From Tubiluchus corallicola (lineage: Eukaryota > Animalia > Priapulida): 64,000 bases of DNA. How positions within the stretch are numbered: position 1 is the stretch's first letter; every line of letters starts with the position of its first letter. This document shows positions 52,038 through 64,000 of the stretch, in pieces. The notes beneath the pieces are model-generated. The model was not told the origin of the DNA. It worked only from the letters and a program-made list of their open reading frames with translations, and did not search any database. The position numbers were made by a program, and so were the translations under genes. The DNA is taken from contig JAQGDQ010000801.1 in NCBI GenBank assembly GCA_030141605.1, forward strand, positions 1 through 64,000, in the 5' to 3' direction.

Positions 52038-52636
52038 TCAGTTATGCAAGATAAAATCATATTAATGCATAATTCGTATTGCTGTTGTCTTATCGTTATC
52101 TGTAAACCATCTTGCGAAATTCGCTTTAACTTTCAAACCTTGTCAGCATTGTTCGTACGCCTGAAATGCCTAATACCCCCCCCCCCCCACAGCTCGTGTT
52201 CAAAACAAAATATGATTAGTTCTTTGTAATGCCGTCAACACAAACATTTCCTTGTTCAAGTTCAAAGGCATTTGTAAGAAGATTTCATCTTGTTCAGTGT
52301 TCGTACGCGCGTTACGCCCCCTGGAATCTTTGTTTAGACGGCAGCTTTAGTTGTTTACAAACGGATTTAAAAAGAGAATTTGCTTCAGCTTGTTTGCAGT
52401 GGTGAGTAGTAGTGATGGAGTTAAGAAAGTTTAAGAAAAGAAAACAGAAAACAAAGTTGTGATGAACTACCCCACTGGGGGCAGCACTTGAGACCTTGCA
52501 ATGATTCACAGCATACTATTAAAGGAAAGAACATGTCATTTAGCATGGTGGCTGTTCATTTTTACGGTTATCACTTGAACTTGGAAAAATATTACAAAAG
52601 AAATTCGCAAAAAATTGTCTATAAAGCATGAAATTA

Positions 52637-53116
<480 letters not shown>

Positions 53117-53639
53117 CTACAGTATATCACTGAACTTTCAATAACTAACGTAACTCACTATTTCTGCTTATTATAGCTTACCTTGGCAGACATCTTTCTT
53201 TTACTCTCGTTCTTTCAGTCTAACCAATACCATGGCGTGAGTCACTCCTCACTTTAGTTACCACAATGATTTACAACTCCAAATAATTAATTACTCGCAC
53301 GCCGGGCATACAGAACACATTTCATAATTGATTACCACCCAGAGAGAGGCTTGTAACTCATGTTATCTGTGTGTTGAAGCCTTAACCTTGCATGTTAATG
53401 AACTGATAAATTCATTACTGCTAAAGATTATGCAAATCCGCTGCATAAATTTCTTATTCTTAATCATTTGTGCTATAATTTCGTGCTGTAATTTATTATA
53501 TTACATCATAAACAATCTTATTATAATCTAGTGCAGTGGAAACGAAGGTCATAGCTAACACTTTTATTGCATCCTCTTTAATGCTTGTTGCTTTTGTATC
53601 TGTTTTCCAAATCACTTTGCCAACTAAATGCAACTAATC

Positions 53640-53878
53640 ACTACGTATTCGTTTGGTAAACCTCCAATTTCAGTGCATCATACGCGGATTTTCTCAGCTA
53701 AACTATGACCTTTTCTCTAAAGGCTGTAAAGATAACAACGGTCATCCAGTATTGCCGAATTGTAACTGTGGATTTCGATTTGAGTCTGTTGAACACTTTT
53801 TGTTGCACTGCCCATTGTATCAACAAACTAGGATTGTTGTGTTTGATACACTAAATGAAATGCTGTGTATCACGGCCA
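53640..53878 (+). mobile_element. LINE ORF2 C-terminal fragment with a CCHC zinc knuckle
   Basis: GFSQLNYDLFSKG...CNCGFRFESVEHFLLHCPLYQQTR. Confidence 0.75.
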
Positions 53879-54069
53879 ATGAATGACGTCATTGGAGGAA
53901 GAATGGGTTTTTAACATGAGAGCACCAAAGCGCGAAAGAATCGCGAATTTAAAGTGATTTGACTAATATTCGAGGTGCTTATCACACTGTTATTACTAAA
54001 TGCTTCTAACATTTTTCGTAAAGATTGAATTAAGTCTAACTTTCCAGAAGGGTTGATCTTTCCTTTAAG

Positions 54070-54620
54070 TGTGGGTCTGCACTATTACGGATACGGATGC
54101 GAAATTAGGGGTACATCAAACAATGAAGTTAATGCCGTTAGGGTAAAATGGAACACTGCTTATAAGAAAATATTCGGTTTTAGACAAAATGAAAGCGTCA
54201 AATTGTTAATGTATTTTTGTGGCACAATGTCTGCGAATTATTTAATAGATAGTCGAAAATTAAACTTTGTGAGAAAAATTGTAAACTCTTGCACATTGAG
54301 AATTCCAAAGCTATGCTACTATGTAAATAACAGTCCATTAAATTTAAGATTTAAATATGGTTGTACTGTAGATCTAAACGAAAATGTAAAATTAAAGGTT
54401 AAGTACTCATTTAAAGATTATGTTTTAAGATATCTATTGTAGCTTCTTACAACACTGTATAATGTAATATAATTACAAGGGAACTACAATGTGTGGTTAT
54501 TATAAAGTTGAATGTCTGTAGATATGTTACTTTACTAACATCGCATTACCTGTTTTACTAACATCTTTATCTTTGTAAACTGTATATCTTTATACGAAAT
54601 AAACTCATAATAATAATAAT
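54070..54620 (+). mobile_element. 5'-truncated non-LTR retrotransposon 3' end with a (TAA)n tail
   Basis: YGCEI...VRVKWNTAYKKIFGFRQNESVKLLMYFCGTMSANYLIDSRKLNF resembles an RT C-terminal region. Ends aataaactcataataataataat. Confidence 0.75.
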
Positions 54621-55974
54621 TACCATGGTTAAATCAAGCGTAGTGCATGAATTTATAATGAATAATTGTTTTCGGCTGTACTAGTGCACTTAGTAAACTT
54701 TCTCATGTTACAATGCCTTTGTACATTGTGCACAACAAGTGCCTGCAATTAGAAGCTTGTTGAATGCATCACACTGCGTTTTGAATTGCTAATCAATACT
54801 TCACAATACCTGCTCAAATTACCGGCTTCATTAATCAATAATTACGCATTTCTACCTGCGTGGTCGTGCTTGTAACACCTGAGTTTGATTAGGCGTCATC
54901 TGTTGATTGGAAAGGTGGGAGTAATTATACAGGTGGGACCAGGCGAACCATGTAATAGCAGCTATGCTAAATTACGAAGGTATTGTTATTGTGTAATGCC
55001 TCGCTATTAGCGCCACGTATGTATTCTCCAGGTAAGTCATGCGTAGACCTGGAACTTTTGGCATTTTTATGTTCGTTTTTGACCTCTGAAAGGTCAAGGC
55101 AACTCTGAACAATTAAAGAATTTAATTTAAAAATAAGAAAAATGGATTTTTAATTTAAGTTAAGTACCTATTTGTGATGATGTTACGAACCCACATTAAT
55201 TAATAAAATTTTGGTATAAAACTTGAAAGACAGGAAATGTGAAAAGTTAGGATACAGTTCGGATTCGAACCATGTGCTTTCTGTCTTTCAAGTTTGATAT
55301 CAAAATCAAGTTAATTCTTGGTTTGTTTCGGCATTAATAATAATAACCTTGACATTAAGGTCATAATAATAATTATCTATTTTTTCTTGAACTGAGAGAG
55401 ATAAGAGCGCAAATAGGCCGCGGCAGAGTTCCAGAGAGATGACGTCCAGAGGAAGCAAAAATTTGAGGTTTCGAGGGAGCATAAATAAAAGACTGCTTTA
55501 CACTTTCTTTACACATTATTGGTGTAAAAAGTGGTTTATTCATCTGCTGAATTTAGTGCAATTAGGGTGCCATAATGTCCACTCATTTCCATAAATTATG
55601 ATCATTGCAAAACTGATTTTGAAAATCTTACCATTCCTCGTTTGTCATTGAAATCTGAGTGACAAGACTGTTCTATTACACGTGGTTTTTGGATATAATG
55701 TAATTATGCTGTTCTAAGCGTGCTACGTGCAGTGTTTCTTGTACAGAAACACGAAACGAATCCATCATTCAATTTAATTCGATTTGATTTATAATTAATT
55801 AAAGGTACCCCTTGTTGCTATTACTAAAGAGACAAACTTGCAAATTTTGCAAAAAAACGAAACTCGCGATTTGGTGAAATTGTGGTACAAAATAGACGGA
55901 TTGAGCAAAAAAAGAGAAGGTCTAAATGTCCGAATTTCTGTCTGTAGTTCCGAAATGTTGTTAAATTTTTAAAT

Positions 55975-56545
55975 TGTTGTTACGGTTGCTATTGTTATTG
56001 TTGCTACACTCTTTTGTTATTATTGTTACTGTTTCTATTGTTGCTTTTGCTACAGTTGCTATTCTTATCTTTGCTACAGTTTCTATTGTTATCTTTGCTA
56101 CAGTTTCTATTGTTATTTTTGCTACAGTTTCTATTGTTTTTTCTACAGTTTCTATTGTTATCTTTGCTACAGTTTCCACTGTTATTTTTGCTGTAGTTCT
56201 ATTGTTGTTATTGCTACAGTTTCTCTTGTTATTTTTGCTACAGTTTTTATTGTTTTTTTACATTTTCTATTGTTATCTTTGCTACAGTTTCTATTGTTGC
56301 TTTTTTGTTACAGCTACATTTTCCATTGTTATCTTTGCTACAGTTTCTGTTGTTATTGTTGCTACAGTTTCTATTGTTATTGTTGCTACAGTTTCTGTTG
56401 TTATTGTTGCTAGAGTTTCTATTGTTGTTTTTGCTACAGTTTTTATTGTTTTTTTACATTTTCTATTGTTATCTTTGCTACAGTTGCTATTGTTATTGTT
56501 GCTAGAGTTTCTATTGTTATTGTTGCTACAGTTGCTATTACTTAT
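55975..56545. repeat. 24-bp minisatellite (tgctacagtttctattgttatctt)
   Basis: Direct periodicity. Confidence 0.92.
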
Positions 56546-56906
56546 GCTGGTGCGGCTGCTGTCGTTTTTTACTGCTACTACTGCTCTTACTGTTGCAGGC
56601 ATTGTGACTGTAGCCATTGTCGCTGTCGTCCTCGTCATCTCATTAATTTCTTTACTTATTATGTATGATTTAGTCATCCAGAAATCTCAACTCCAGCGCA
56701 AATCAAACTCATAAATTCACAGCCTTCACTTCCGGTTGTTATAGCAACCGGCAACAGCAACTCATAACACATCATCTTCATTAAACAACATCGCGCCAGC
56801 ACTCATGTACGATAAAATCTGTGCAATTAGTAATTCCTCATTAGCTACGCAGCAAAACCGTACAAGTTTAACCCCTTCTGACTAATTTCCGCTCAGGTGT
56901 AAGGCG

Positions 56907-56920
56907 GTTGCCATGGCAAC
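56907..56920. promoter_or_regulatory. Perfect RFX X-box palindrome GTTGCCATGGCAAC
   Basis: Exact 14-bp consensus. A second X-box-like GTTGTTATAGCAAC lies at 56735-56748. Confidence 0.45.
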
Positions 56921-57182
56921 TGATGAGATTTCCATGTTGGTTGTTATGCACGCAAAGAAAGCAGGTGATGTAGGTGCGCGTTTCAGGAGACGGAGTTGCA
57001 TAAATTAGTAATTGCATCGAAATAGCTGCCATAAATAGTTGATAAACACGCGAACGGTACTGATGGAGACGCTGTTGCACTCCTGGCAGATGCTGATACT
57101 TGAAACTGTTTTTATGGTTATATGAATTTTATATGAAAACATAACGGCTGTCGATTAGACTAAATTCAATGAAAACTGTTTG

Positions 57183-57769
57183 TTAAAGCAAAACCGGATC
57201 CAATCTTAAACTGCAGATCAAAGCAATTTGCTCTTTAAAATATTGAAAGAAAACACGCTATTTTTCCAAAAATGACTTTCATAAAAGAATCATTACCACA
57301 CAAACACAATTTCACGTTTGCGCCACTAGTTCTTCGCTGTTACATGCATTTCGCCATTCAATAGTTAGACGGTGCTAGCGCCTGCACTTCGGAAATGCAT
57401 TGCACCTAGTTCAGATATGTTAGTTTGTGACAAACTACACACGTTCGATAGCTTATGCGTGAGCACAGTGGTAAATTTGAAATTTGAATTTTTATCTTAA
57501 AATTTGCCTGGTTTTAGTACAACACACTGAATATCTTACACTAGCATTGTACTTCAATTTTCGCTTTCTCAAACACGTGCAACACGCTCGTGGAATAGTT
57601 CTGCTGTTTGAAAATTTTGTTAGTTTGTGATGTCATCAATAGTAGGGCTCGCCTGCCGTTAATTAAGACATTGATCTATTATTTAATTATCAGAAACACT
57701 TTTGCAGTATTAATTGTGTTAAAATGTATACTTTTTATCGTATATGAAAATCATCCTGTCTTCCTTTAA
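57183..57769 (+). mobile_element. Kolobok-type element, copy E (both ends)
   Basis: TTAA-AGCAAAACCGGA ... TCCTGTCTTCCT-TTAA. Confidence 0.88.
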
Positions 57770-57877
57770 ATCCACAGAAATCATATTAATAGCCAGTTTG
57801 AATGCATAGTATTGGTGTTAAAATGTATACTTTTATCGTTCTTGAATTTGGAGTAGTATATATATATATATACATAT

Positions 57878-58282
57878 ATTAATTCTTTATTTGTCATTAA
57901 AATGGTTCACTCATTATAATAGAATTGAGTAAGCCTCAGCGCAATGTTAAGATAACAACACTGTTCAAGACAAATGCGTCCAGTGCAGACTAAAAAAACT
58001 AAAGTGCAAAACTAAGGCCTAATTATATACAATAAATAGACATATTTACAAACACCATATTAATATATTTTTACAAAACAATATTACAAAAATACATTAA
58101 ATTTTACATGACATATTTTACACTATATATACATTTAACATGACACAATTAACAGAAACATGCTTTACATTACATAAATTTCACTCATTACATTTACACT
58201 ATTTATACATTTGACATTACAAAACTGATATAACACGTATTACATTACATAATTTTTTTTAAATTTTACATTTTTAATCGTT
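57878..58282 (-). mobile_element. Probable LINE 3' fragment inserted into an extra Kolobok right-end fragment (57817-57860 + 58284-58309)
   Basis: Matches 27181-27585. Its flanks rejoin to give ...gtagtata|tgaaaaatcatcctgtcttc of the Kolobok element. Confidence 0.7.
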
Positions 58283-58787
58283 CTGAAAAATCATCCTGTC
58301 TTCTTGTAACATTGTACTGATATTTGCTTTGGTTTCTGATTCAGTTTGGTTAATGCGCATGTCCGTCACTGATCGCTCTGTTATTCAATTATTTGTCTTC
58401 CTGGGGCTAACGACTTTTTAAATGTCGTAATTAGCAGCACAACAGGTGATGGTGGTGGCGCTGCTAGCGCTTGTCTTTAGTGACAAGGTGCAATTTACCT
58501 TTTCTCAAAGAAAGGACAAGTAAAAGGTTATTACTTTTCCGTAATTTGTTAAGAAACCTGTTTAAGAGGGAAGATTCTGTTTTATTTTAGAGTAAAATTG
58601 TCATTGTAGAGTTCAATTGTTAAATCAAACTTTTATCATTGGTATAATATGCAAAGGACACATGATAATTACAATGAATCAGTGTTGATTTGCATTTTGC
58701 TGTTATAACTTACGTTTCTATTCTAATTTATCTAGAACCTATTAACTTTGATTTCAATCTGTTATTGTGTCTATGGTCAAAGTTCGT

Positions 58788-59437
<650 letters not shown>

Positions 59438-59907
59438 CTAGTACATGTGTAGGCTCAATACCAACCAGTATTGTGTAAACCAGACAAAGACTATACCTAT
59501 TGTTAAACATTCGGCTTTTTTCCTTTAACCTCCGTAATTTTATCAAGGAAACAACCACGCAAGGATTTCTGAGCTTAAACCGTATTTACCGATGCTCTTT
59601 CCTCGCAATAATGAACCTCTTATTGTGTTCCTGATGTTTTTCCATCACGTCAATGCACTTTCGTTATCTGCTGATGTCCATTGTTGTATTTCTGAACTGA
59701 TTGTGGGCACAATTTTACTTTCACTACAAATAAACCTTTATTGTGTCAAGGTAGTAAACTGAAAAGAAAAATTTTAAATATGAATGAAGTAAAGTAGAGT
59801 AATTATCAAAAAAGAATGAGAGTACGAGTTCAATGTTATAAAATTATCTGGGGCTGCTAGTGATCACGCATATCAATATATTGCTATGGTTAATTCTTCT
59901 TGTATAA

Positions 59908-60351
59908 TTAAAGGAAGACGCGATGGTTTTTCATAAATTACCCCATTTTCAAGGCTGATAAAAGTGTACATTTTAACACAATTAATACCGGAAATACCTG
60001 TAGACGCGTTTCTGATAATTATGTAATAGATTAAAATCTCAGGCGGGCGAGTGGGCGAGTCCAACTATTGATGACATCACAAACGAACATAATTTTCAAC
60101 AGCAAAAATATTCCACGACCGTGTTGCACGTGTTTGTGAAAGCGAAACTTGAAGTATAGTGTTACTGTAAGATATTCAATGTTTGTACTAAAACTCGGCA
60201 CGGTTTAAGATAAAAATTCAAATTTCAAATTTACCGCTGTGCTCACGCATGAGCTGTCGAACGTGTGTAGCTCGTCACAAACTAACACATCTGAACTGTG
60301 AAGTACAGCACCTGTTTTTGCTTAATGCGTTTCCGAAATGCAGACGCTAGT
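59908..60351 (-). mobile_element. Kolobok-type element, copy G (truncated, running into a (TTG)n tract at 60351-60526)
   Basis: Begins TTAA-AGGAAGAC; reverse complement of the right two-thirds of the element. Confidence 0.85.
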
Positions 60352-60870
60352 TGTTGTTATTGTTGTTGCTGTTGCTGTTGTTGTTGCTGTTGTTGTTGCT
60401 GCTGTTTCTGTTGTTGTTGCTGCTGTTTCTGTTCTTGCTGTTGTTGTTGTTGTTGTTGTTGTTGTAGTTGTTGTTGTTGTTGTCGTCGTCGTCGTAATCG
60501 TTGTTGTTGTTGTTGTTGTTGTTGTTCAGTTTGCAGTCAATAATACTTGCAGATTGCAGAACTTTATTCGCATAATAACTAGACACTGTTATGGCTGATA
60601 TTACAGACATTGGACAAAAGATGTCAAATCTACTTCTAATCATGCATGAGAATGAGTACAATACAACGTCAAGTCACGTGATCAACACTGCCATTATTGA
60701 TCTGCCTTCTGAAGGCAAACGTGGGAATGATGACGATAATGATAATGACGATAATAGTCTCTAATAATGCCTGATTATTGATCGTGTGTCGGGTGTTTTT
60801 CTAGACAAAGCAAAAGGACGTCGTGATTTGGGTAGCGTATTCGTAGTATTCTCGTCATAAGATTGGAAAT

Positions 60871-61494
60871 TTAAAGCAAAACTGGACCCAAACTTAAATG
60901 TAGGTCAAAACAATCTACTCTTTAAAATATTGAAAAGAAACGTACCATTTTTTCAAAAATGACTTACGTGAAAGAATTATTACCACACAAGCACAATTTC
61001 ACGTTCGCGCCACTAGTTCTTCACTGTTACATGCAATTCGCCATTCACTTGTTAGATGGGCACTAGTGCCTGCATTTCAGAAACACATTCCATAAAAAAC
61101 AGGTGCTGTACCTTCCAGTTCAGATATGTTAGTTTTTGACGAACTAAACACGTTCGACGGCTCATGTGTGAGTACAACGATAAATTTGAAATTTGAATTT
61201 TTATCTTAAAACTTGTCTAGTTTTAGTACAACAAATTGAATATCTTACAGTAGCACTGTACTTCAATTCTCGCTTTCACAAACACGTGCAACACGGTCAT
61301 GGAATATTTTTGCTGTTGAAAATTGTTAGTTTGTGATGTCATCAATAGTTGGGCTCGCCCGCCGTTAATTAATTTTTTAATTTATTATTTAATGATCAGA
61401 AACGCTTTTGCAGTATTAATGCTGTTAAAATGTATACTTTTTATCGGACTTGAAGTTGGGTTAGTACATGAAAAATCATCCTGTCTTCCTTTAA
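60871..61494 (+). mobile_element. Kolobok-type non-autonomous element, copy H (best preserved)
   Basis: TTAA-AGCAAAACTGGA ... TCCTGTCTTCCT-TTAA. A TTAA TSD with RR...YY termini and short imperfect TIRs is characteristic of the Kolobok superfamily. Confidence 0.88.
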
Positions 61495-62065
61495 AGCTGT
61501 TCGAATCGTAGTTTTAATCGAAACCACGGGAGGCGCAAAAGTACAATGATTTTCCGCGCGTCCGCAAGCCAGAAAGGTCTTAAGGGATTTGCAACTGTGG
61601 CTCGAACAATGCATTGTGGGAAGCACAACTGTGGCTCGAACAATGCATTGTGGGAAGAGTCCGGCAGCAATGTGTACAGATACTACAAACTTCAGAAACT
61701 GGCAAACTTGGACAGCTTTAGGCACATTGAAATAGTTCACAGCATTATACAATGCTGCAGGTTTATGCTTACATAACGTTAACAATAAAGCAAACACAAT
61801 CTACCTAGTCCTAAATGAACAGGTATTCGCATGATGTCTATGCATCTAGGTCACTGGCTCAGTGGAAAGCTGGTTGGAAATTGTTTTAATTACAGACTCG
61901 CTTAAGAGATAATTTCACACGAAATTGCAAAACCTGGAAAGGAAAATTATCCAGTTTTCTTTTGTGCGTTTCGGTAAAGTATTTTAATTGAACGTTTTGA
62001 CGTTGTGCGTTATGTTGCTCTAGGCTAGTGACTACTCCCACGCGATCCATAGGCGTACGGGACGA

Positions 62066-62205
62066 TGTTTCATCAGAGGGGCAGGTGGAGTTTGTCCGGA
62101 AAAATTTCTAGGAAGTTTCATAAGAGGGGCAGATCGAATTTGTCCTGAAAATTTTCTAGGAAGTTTCATAAGAGGGCAGATGGAATTTGTTCTGAAAAAT
62201 TTCCA
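62066..62205. repeat. 48-bp tandem repeat x 3
   Basis: tttcat(c/a)agagggg at 62068, 62116 and 62164. Confidence 0.85.
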
Positions 62206-62258
62206 AGTTCCCCTAGTTGGAGATAACACGAAATAAGTGCAAACAATTGGTCACATAG

Positions 62259-63233
62259 TTATTTATTTATTTATTTACTTATTCATTTATTTATTTATTT
62301 ATTTATTTGCTTATTTATTTATTTACTTATTTAATTATTCATTCATTCATTCATTCATTCATTCATTCATTTATTTACTTATTCATTTATTCTTTCAGTC
62401 AATCAATCATTTGTTTATTTATTTACTTACTTATTCATTCATTCATTCATTCATTCATTCATTTATTTATTCATTCGTTCATTCATTCATTCATTCATTC
62501 ATTCATTTACTTACTTATTCATTCATTCATTCATTCATTCATTCATTCATTCATTCATTCATTCATTCATTCATTCATTCATTCATTCATTCATTCATTC
62601 ATTCATTCATTCATTCATTCATTTATTTATTTATTCATTTATTTACTTATTTATTTATTTACTTGCTTGTTCATTCATTCATTCATTCATTTATTTATTC
62701 ATTCGTTCATTCATTCATTCATTCATTCATTCATTTACTTACTTATTCATTCATTCATTCATTCATTCATTCATTCATTCATTCATTCATTCATTCATTC
62801 ATTCATTTATTTATTCATTTATTCATTTATTTACTTATTTATTTATTTACTTGCTTGTTCATTCATTCATTCATTCATTCATTTATTCATTCATTCATTC
62901 ATTCATTCATTCATTCATTCATTCATTCATTCATTCATTCATTCATTCATTTATTTATTTATTTATTTATTTACTTACTTACTTATTCATTCATTCATTC
63001 ATTCATTCAATTATTCATTCATTTATTTATTTATTTATTCATTCATTCATTCATTCATTCATTCATTCATTCATTCATTCATTCATTCATTCATTCATTC
63101 ATTCATTCATTCATTCATTCATTTATTTATTTATTTATTTATTTACTTACTTACTTACTTATTCATTCATTCATTCATTCATTCATTTATTTATTTATTT
63201 ACTTATTCATTCATTCATTCATTCATTTATTCA
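62259..63233. repeat. ~1-kb (ATTC/ATTT/ACTT)n tetranucleotide array
   Basis: Direct inspection. Confidence 0.97.
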
Positions 63234-63696
63234 TAACCTAGCAGTTATGCTAACCACATAATACAATATAAAGTCACTTGTAATATAATTAAAATCATAA
63301 AATCACAGCTATATAACAAATACATAAATATAACAAATATCATTAAACGAGAAAAAAGAAACTTAAAAACCTAAAAAACCCTAAAAGAAACTTAAGACAC
63401 GTATGTTGGTATAGACTTAAAAGTGTCTAAAAACAACATATTTGTACTTAAATCACAATAAAGACTTATCTGGCTTTGGTGAACTATAACTAATAGCTGA
63501 TACTATTATTAAGTTTCAAACTATTAAAACTTTGTCGTTTAAGATACACGTTAGTTGCTGGTAAGAATAGAAATAATACAGAACCTAAGCAGTTTTTTAT
63601 ATTGGAAGTTTAAATTTTGAAATTTTAAAACTGAATTTTTTGCCCTTGAAATAACCAGCCTTTGCCCTGAGGACAACTGCGCCTATGGCCACATCT

Positions 63697-64000
63697 CTAC
63701 CGGTACCTAGTCATGTTACACTACCGGTACCTAGTCATGTTATACTACCAGTTCCTAGTCATGTTACACTACCAGTACCTAGTCATGTTACACTACCGGT
63801 CCTAGTCGTGTTACACTACCGGTACCTAGTCATGTTACACTACCGGTTCCTAGTCGTGTTACACTACCAGTACCTAATCATGTTACACTACCGGTACCTA
63901 GTCATGTTACACTACCGGTACCTAGACATGTTACACTACCGGTTCCTAGTCGTGTTACACTACCAGTACCTAGTCATGTTACACTACCGATACCTAGTCG
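63697..64000. repeat. 24-bp minisatellite (ctaccggtacctagtcatgttaca), running off the window end
   Basis: Direct periodicity. Confidence 0.95.

Overview
AT-rich animal genomic DNA with spliceosomal GT-AG introns. The 5S-derived sequences look lophotrochozoan (annelid/mollusc-like), which is an inference. Three protein-coding genes can be assembled by hand in the first 21 kb. (1) An aquaglyceroporin (AQP3/7/9/10 family) with coding exons 1-3 on the minus strand (4271-4176, 3341-3215, 1203-1066), while a matching exon 5 (71-288) lies on the plus strand with intact splice sites. (2) A complete two-exon Elongin C gene, join(8116..8336,10252..10393), 120 aa. (3) A complete three-exon GPI-anchored Ly6/uPAR (quiver/sleepless-like) gene, join(16260..16329,18746..18901,20749..20957), 144 aa. 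In the remaining ~43 kb I found no recognisable host coding exon. It holds non-autonomous DNA transposons (about 8 copies of one Kolobok-type TTAA element, plus piggyBac-, hAT- and Tc1/pogo-type MITEs), LINE 3' ends, a solo LTR, a 5S-headed SINE, tRNA-derived fragments, many minisatellites and very long microsatellites. The long ORFs in the supplied track are translations of simple repeats. The most notable oddity is the opposite-strand aquaglyceroporin exon. All calls come from reading the sequence by eye; no database search was run.
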